Shown here one piece after another: positions 57,504 through 64,000 of a DNA stretch of 64,000 bases. Every line of letters begins with the position of its first letter. Position 1 is the first letter of the stretch. A program made the translations under genes and the position numbers. The notes below the pieces were generated by a model that did not search any database, had not been told where the DNA came from, and worked only from the letters and a program-made list of their open reading frames with translations. Source of the DNA: Eledone cirrhosa (taxonomy: Eukaryota); NCBI GenBank assembly GCA_964016885.1, contig OZ024742.1, positions 75,392,001 through 75,456,000 of the forward strand. Reading direction: 5' to 3'.

Positions 57504-58953
57504 CAGGAGGACATGATATGAAGGTTAAAAAACACTTGTGGATAGTTCAGTTTTAAATCATCATATGAGAAGTAGTTTTAGATTGATGTGTGATATTGTG
57601 AAAAATATTTTATTTAGAGGGGGTGGGGGTGGAAAGGATGAAAAAAAGGAGGAGATGAGAGTGAAGGTGGAGAGGGAGGAGCATAATGAGGAAGGATGAG
57701 ATAGGAGGAGAGATAGGCGATAGAGAGAGAGAGATAGCTTTTATAACTGAGAAAAATATATTGTTTTACATAGAGAGGTTGAAAACCGTTGGAAGATAAT
57801 GTATAAATTAAAAGAATTTGAAAATTAACGAAGAGAAAAATAATGTAAAGTTAAGGTTTGTATATTGAGGGGTTTGATAATATGTGCGAAGAAAAAGAAA
57901 GAGTTAATATGTATTGAGAATAATGAGTTAGATGAAAGGGAGAAAAGATAATGAATTGAGGATGAATAATCTAACGTCAAAAAAATGTATATGTTTACGA
58001 AGGATTTTTACAAGGTGATATAGAGTAAGAATGTGTTGTATTATGTAATAATTGATTCTATGTTAGGCAAGAGTGAGAAAAGGTGCAGATTAGGGGTTAG
58101 ACATTAGAAGAAGAAGAGAAGTGATAAATAGGGGTGATGTAGAAAGAGTAGACAAGTATTATAGAATTTGAAAATTAACGAAGAGAAAAGTAATGTAAAG
58201 TTAAGGTTTGTATATTGGAGGGTTTGATAATATGTGCGAAGAAAAAGAAAATATTAATATGTATTGTGAATAATGAGTTAGATGAAAGGGAGAAAAGATA
58301 ATGAATTGAGGATGAATAATCTAACGTCAAAAAAAATGTATATGTTTACGAAGGATTTTTACAAGGTGATATAGAGTAAGAGTGTGTTGTATTATGTAAT
58401 AATTGATTCTATGTTAGGCAGGAGTGATAAAAGGTACAGATTAGGGGTTAGACATTAGAAGAAGAAGGGAAGTGATAAATAGAGGTGATGTAGAAAGAGG
58501 AGACAAGTATTATAGAATGTATAATAACCTTTAAAATAAGGTAGAACGATGGGTATATTTTTAAAAGAAGTGTATATATATATATGTGCCTTTGAGAAAA
58601 AGATTCTAAATTGATAAAGAATTGAGTATTAGCTGTATACTTTGTGAAATCTCTTATTGAATGTATGCAAGCAGATAGAAAACAAGTCAGTGCGTCTATT
58701 TATTATAGAATCTAGATTAGAGATAATGGTACATTTTTCATTTAGACAGAGATTGCAGATTTTAGATAGAGAACTGTTCTAGTATGGAGACGCAGAAGAA
58801 ACCTTCTTCCAAAAGATGCCATATTTAATATTTTTGTCTTTCAAGGACCATATGAGTTCTGAGAGAGCCGTGTTGGTTCTTTTAAGTTTGTATTTAAAAG
58901 ACTAATGATGGTTATAAAGACGAGCTGTAAAAGAGGTGGAAGTGGAGCCAAAA

Positions 58954-59047
58954 TGGAAGTGGAGTGGAAGTGGAGTGGAAGTGGAGTGGAAGTGGAGTGG
59001 AAGTGGAGTGGAAGTGGAGTGGAGCCAAAATGGAAGTGGAGCCAAAA
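58954..59047 (+). repeat. Junctional (TGGAAGTGGAG)n array
   Basis: Six perfect 11-mers at 58954-59019, then tggagccaaaa and tggaagtggagccaaaa. Confidence 0.95.
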
Positions 59048-60151
59048 TTCCTTCACCTATTTTGGCTCCACTTCCACCTCTTTTAAAGCTCTTCTTTATA
59101 ACCATGATTCGTCTTTTAAATACAAACTTAAAAGAACCAACACGGCCCTCTCAGAACTCATATGGTCCTTGAAAGACAAAAATATTAAATATAGCATCTT
59201 TTGGAAGAAGGTATCTTCTGCGCTTCCATACTTGAACAGTTCTCTATCTAAAATCTGCAATCTCTGTCTAAATGAAAAATTTACCATTATCTAGATTCTA
59301 TAATAAATAGACGCACTGACTCGTTTTCTATCTGCTTGCATAAATTCCATAAAACATTTCACAAAGTATACAGCTAATACTCAATTCTTTATCAATTTAG
59401 AATCTTTTTCTCAAAGGCACATATATATATATACACTTCTTTTAAAAATATACCCATCTTTCTACCTTATTTCAAAGGTTATTATACATTCTATAATACT
59501 TGTCTACTCTTTCTACATCACCCCTATTTATCACTTCCCTTCTTCTTCTAATGTCTAACCCTTAATCTGTACCTTTTCTCACTCTTGCCTAACATAGAAT
59601 CAATTATTACATAATACAACACATTCTTACTCTATATCACCTTGTAAAAATCCTTCGTAAACATATACATTTTTTTTGACGTTAGATTATTCATCCTCAA
59701 TTTATTATCTTTTCTCCCTTTCATCTAACTCATTATTCTCAATACATATTAACTCTTTCTTTTTCTTCGCACATATTATCAAACCCCTCAATATACAAAC
59801 CTTAACTTTACATTATTTTTCTCTTCGTTAATTTTCAAATTCTTTTAATTTATACATTATCTTCCAACGGTTTTCAACCTCTCTATGTAAAACAATATAT
59901 CTTTCTCAGTTATAAAAGCTATCTCTCTCTCTCTCTATCACCCATCTCTCCTCCTATCTCATCCTTCCTCATTATACTCCTCCCTCTCCACCTTCACTCT
60001 CATCTCCTCCTTTTTTTTCATCCTTTCCAACCCCCCCTCTAAATAAAATATTTTTCCCAATATCACACATCAATCTAAAACTACTTCTCATATGTTGATT
60101 TAAAACTGAACTATCCACAAGTGTTTTTTAACCTTCATATCACGTCCTCTG

Positions 60152-60218
60152 TTTTATCTGATGAAAACACAAATATTATTATATGATGATATTTGTTTTT
60201 GAAATGCGCATAATAAAA
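60152..60218 (+). ncRNA. Type I HHR motif
   Basis: ttttat-CTGATGA-aaacacaaat...atttgttttt-GAAA-tgcgca-TA-ataaaa. Confidence 0.8.
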
Positions 60219-60675
60219 TACATGGAACTCTTTTAACCATCTTTTGTTCTTATATATTATATTATGTATACTCCAGTCCTACAAACTCTAGAGTGCTTCT
60301 TATCCGATATCTGCATTGCTTTATTGTACTACAATAAAACTCACCTCCTACATATATATATGTATGTATATGTGTGTATATACATCACTCAGTCAAACGA
60401 CCAGATTTCAACCCCAACATCTACAACAACAACACCGGCACTAATGTTTACAGCAACAACAGCTTCAGAATGAACCGAAATTAACATTTACAACAACAAC
60501 AACAGCGGCATCAAAAGATAAAAAAAAGAAAAAAGAAGAAAAAAAACAACAAAAAAACTCAAAATAACAAAACACACACACGCACACAACACAACAACAA
60601 CATCAACTGCCACCACCATCACTACCGCCGCCGCCATCACCATCACCAGCGACCGGGCCTTAAGAAAACAACTTT

Positions 60676-60830
60676 AATAATAATTTTTCTGCTTTTGGCA
60701 CGGATCCAGCGACTGGCCCAGCGCATCACTGGTACTCTCTTTTGTTGACTCCGTGAGGATGAAAGGCAAGGTTGACCACGGCGGGATTTGAGCTCAGAGC
60801 GTGGAGGGCCGTGACTCTATGCTGTAAAGC
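60676..60830 (-). mobile_element. SINE, same family as 3654 and 40971
   Basis: Plus strand ttttggcac...ctggtact...ggatgaaaggcaaggttgaccacggcgggatttgagctcag, with a B-box-like motif on the minus strand. Confidence 0.65.
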
Positions 60831-61414
60831 AATTATAATAATACTGGACTGTAGTACGATCGGCTTCAACTATAGAAACTCTTGAAAGTCAACAGTTGAC
60901 ATAATCTTGTAATCTTGTATCAGTAATGACGGTAATATATATATATATGTATATATATGTGTGTGTGTGTGTGTGTGTAAGTGAGTAGAGTAGCGTGTGT
61001 GTGTTTGTTTGTATGTATGATTGTTGCTGTGTGCGCGTATATGTATACGCGTGTGTGTATGTCGTACGTATAAGTGTCAATAGTGTTTTTTTTTTTTTTG
61101 TTTTTTTTTGCGCGGGGACATAGAAATAATCGGACTGGATGCCCGATCGCTCAGTTAAACCACTGGAAGTGAAGAACCCCTGGCCCTTGTCAGGGCATTC
61201 TTCTAGGAGAAGGCATCTCAGGAAACTGGGTTAACTCCGACATAAAACCTGCGGCTCAGTAGTTACCGATGATGTTGATCTTTTCTTCTTTTCGGGTTAC
61301 AGCTACTGTCGCTCAGAGAGTGGGATTGGCTCAGTGCACAGTCTTTCCTCACTTTAAAAATATTCGTCACGCACAGACATTGCACGAGTGCATTAATAAT
61401 TATTAATAGTGTAC

Positions 61415-61456
<42 letters not shown>

Positions 61457-61461
61457 TATTA

Positions 61462-61495
<34 letters not shown>

Positions 61496-61659
61496 CAAAT
61501 TCAATGATGTTCCAGAACAATTGCCAATTATCTCTTTTATATTTAAAAGAGATAATTGGCAATTTAGGTTCTGGAACAAAAAAGATCATTGGCAATAAGG
61601 GCAGGGGCCCCAGGTTATCACAGCCTGGGCCCGCTCGTCATCGTGCCATTGTAATAGAG

Positions 61660-64000
61660 CCAAACAAGGCATTTAGTCTTGGCTGCTGGAACGTACGGAC
61701 GTTGCTTGACAGGGATTCCTTGGGGGTGCCCTGAACGAAGGACCGCTCTTGTTGCAAAGGAGCTTCGACGTTACGATCTTGACATCGTGGCTTTATCTGA
61801 GACGAGGCTAGCTGGAGATGGTCATCTTACGGAATTTTGTGGAGAATATACATTCTTCTGGAAAGGAAGAGATGAAGGAACCAGAAAAGAAGCTGGGGTA
61901 GGATTTGCTGTTAAGACTGTGCTTGTGAACAAATTAGAAGAATTCCCAGTAGGGATTAGTGAGCGTCTTATGTCCATGAGAGTTCCGCTGGACAAGGGAG
62001 GATATGCTACCCTGGTGAGTGTGTATGCTCCAACTGTGAGTTCTGTCGATGAGGAAAAGGTGTCCTTTTACCATGCCTTGAAAGGTGTTTTAAGAAATAT
62101 CCCTCAGGCAGACAAAGTCATCGTGCTTGGTGACTTTAATGCTAGAGTGGGTAGGGATTTTAACACATGGAATGTAATCGGAAGGCATGGGGTGGGAAAG
62201 TGTAACAGCAATGGTATGCTCCTGCTGCAGATGTGTGAGGAGCTGGATCTGTGTGTTACCAACACCATGTTCCAACAAAAGAACAAATTCAAGACCACAT
62301 GGATGCATCCTGCATCTAAGGAATGGCATATTTTGGACTACGTCCTAGTCAGGATGCGTGACAGACAGGATGTGCAGTGTGTTCGTGTTCTTCGTGGAGC
62401 TGAGTGCTGGACGGACCACCGACTGGTACGCGCAAAAGTGAAACTAATCACTAAACGTAAAATCCGGGCTCCTGGTGTTGCCCTGCCCAAAAGATTGAAT
62501 GCTGCTCGTCTTAAGGATAAAAATGTGAAGAGGACATTGGAAGAAGAGATGCAGGCTGCAGATCTTGGTGAGGATTGGCCGACCCTTAAAAAGTCGGTTT
62601 ATGATGTAGGCAGGCGTGCTCTCGGATTGGCGCAGAGGAGACATCAGGACTCGTTTGATGAGAATGATGTACATATAGAAGACTTGTTGGCTGATAAGAG
62701 GCGTGCTCTGTCACGCTACTTGACGGCAAAACCACAGGAGAGGAATACGTTGCATGAGGAACTCAGGGATGCAAAATCACGTGTTAGGCGGAGTCTTTCT
62801 CAGATGAAGGACCAGTGGTGGAGTGAGAAGGCTGGTGAGATACAAACTGCGTCTGATTCCAATAACACAAAGCTGTTGTACAGTCTCTTGCGTGAGGTTT
62901 ATGGACCGTCTTCTTTTCTGGTGACACCGATTCGCAGCAAGGATGGCAAAGAACTTCTTCGTGACTCACAGGGAATTCTACGAAGGTGGCGAGAGCACTT
63001 TGATGATCTTTTGAATCTGCCGTCTGTCGTCAGTGAAGATTTCCTCAATCTCATTCCAGAAAGTCCTGTGAAAGTAGCTCTCGCAGAACCTCCGACGCTT
63101 GTGGAGGTTGCAGTGGCTATTTCGAAGCTGAACAGTGGAAGATCTCCAGGTATGAATGGCATACATGCTGAGCTCCTACAATATGGTGGTGAGAGACTCC
63201 TGCAACATCTTCAATCTTTGTTTGGCAGGATATGGGCTAATGAATCCGTACCTGAGGACTGGAGAGATGCAGTAATGGTGGTCTTGTACAAGGGAAAGGG
63301 TAACAGGAACGATTGTGGGAACTACAGAGGTATATCATTGCTTTCTGTCGTAGGGAAAGATTTATGTAGGGTGCTTCTGGACCGTCTGCTGACACACACT
63401 GCAGATTGTGTTCTTCCTGAAAGTCAATCTGGTTTTCGTGCTGGACGCGGCACTACTGATATGATCTTCTCAGCTAGACAGCTCCAGGAGAAGTGCATGG
63501 AACAAGGTTTGGATCTGTATCAGGTTTTTGTCGATCTGACAAAAGCTTTCGATACTGTTAACAGAGATGCATTATGGAAGGTTCTCCAGAAACTTGGTTG
63601 CCGTGATAAGTTCCTTGCTTTAGTTAGGTCTTTCCATGACGACATGAAGGCGTGGGTAAATGTTGGGGATAACATGTCGGAGCCTATCTCAGTAAAAAAT
63701 GGAGTGAAACAGGGGGATATTCCAGCACCGACCCTGTTTGCCATATACTTTGCAATGGTTTTCTGTATTGCATTCAGGAATTGCGAGCATGGTGTTTACA
63801 TCCGATGTCGAACCTCAGGCAGCATATTTAACATTAAGCGCTTTGCTGCGAAGACAAAAGTATTTACATCAATCATAAGAGACCTCTTGTATGCAGATGA
63901 TTGCGATCTTGTAGCGCACACAGAGAGTGATATGCAGCACATTTTGAATGCATTTTCTGACGCTTGTACTTCCCTAGGTCTGACTGTCAGTCTCAAGAAA
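61660..64000 (+). mobile_element. RTE-clade LINE ORF (APE and RT), nearly intact, running off the window
   Basis: GCWNVRTLLDR, frameshift in the G run near 61722-61726, then PERRTALVAKELRRYDLDIVALSETRL, VYAPT, LGDFNARVG, LDY, TDH, NYRGISLLS, KAFDTVNR, GVKQG and LYADD. Confidence 0.95.

Larger units (their letters stand above)
57396..60352 (+). mobile_element. Foldback PLE insertion: inverted arm 57396-58953, sense arm ~59055-60262 (endonuclease C-terminus, 3' UTR, pLTR) and tail
   Basis: YFGSTSTSFKA...NTALSELIWSLK...CNLCLNEK appears on both strands. Arms are reverse complements apart from a 350-bp duplication in the left arm. Confidence 0.93.

Noticed and set aside
58954-59047. Interstitial telomere
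   Set aside because: The unit is not TTAGGG and matches the adjacent element sequence exactly.

Overview
Eukaryotic, AT-rich and microsatellite-dense window with no convincing host gene. The SINE tails and (TA)n/(CA)n/(TACA)n load suggest an octopus or other cephalopod (inference only). It is a mosaic of mostly decayed mobile elements: two Tx1/L1 LINE copies, two RTE LINEs (one nearly intact at the right edge), CRE- and R4-like endonuclease fragments, two mariner/Tc1 remnants and tRNA-type SINEs. The dominant component is Penelope-like elements (PLEs, mostly Naiad-like). Their pseudo-LTRs carry type I hammerhead ribozyme (HHR) motifs, read by eye at about 20 sites from roughly 10 sequence families. 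Most have a palindromic stem III, and several have non-canonical cores (U3-A8 swap, 10.1/11.1 mismatch, ~116-nt stem II). The insertions share one layout: (TA)n, inverted pLTR copy, truncated body, pLTR, short tail, (TA)n. One inversion junction holds six perfect 11-mers re-copied from the element's own sequence, resembling telomerase-style reiterative synthesis. Coordinates are by-eye estimates, and most ORF-track entries are microsatellite translations.
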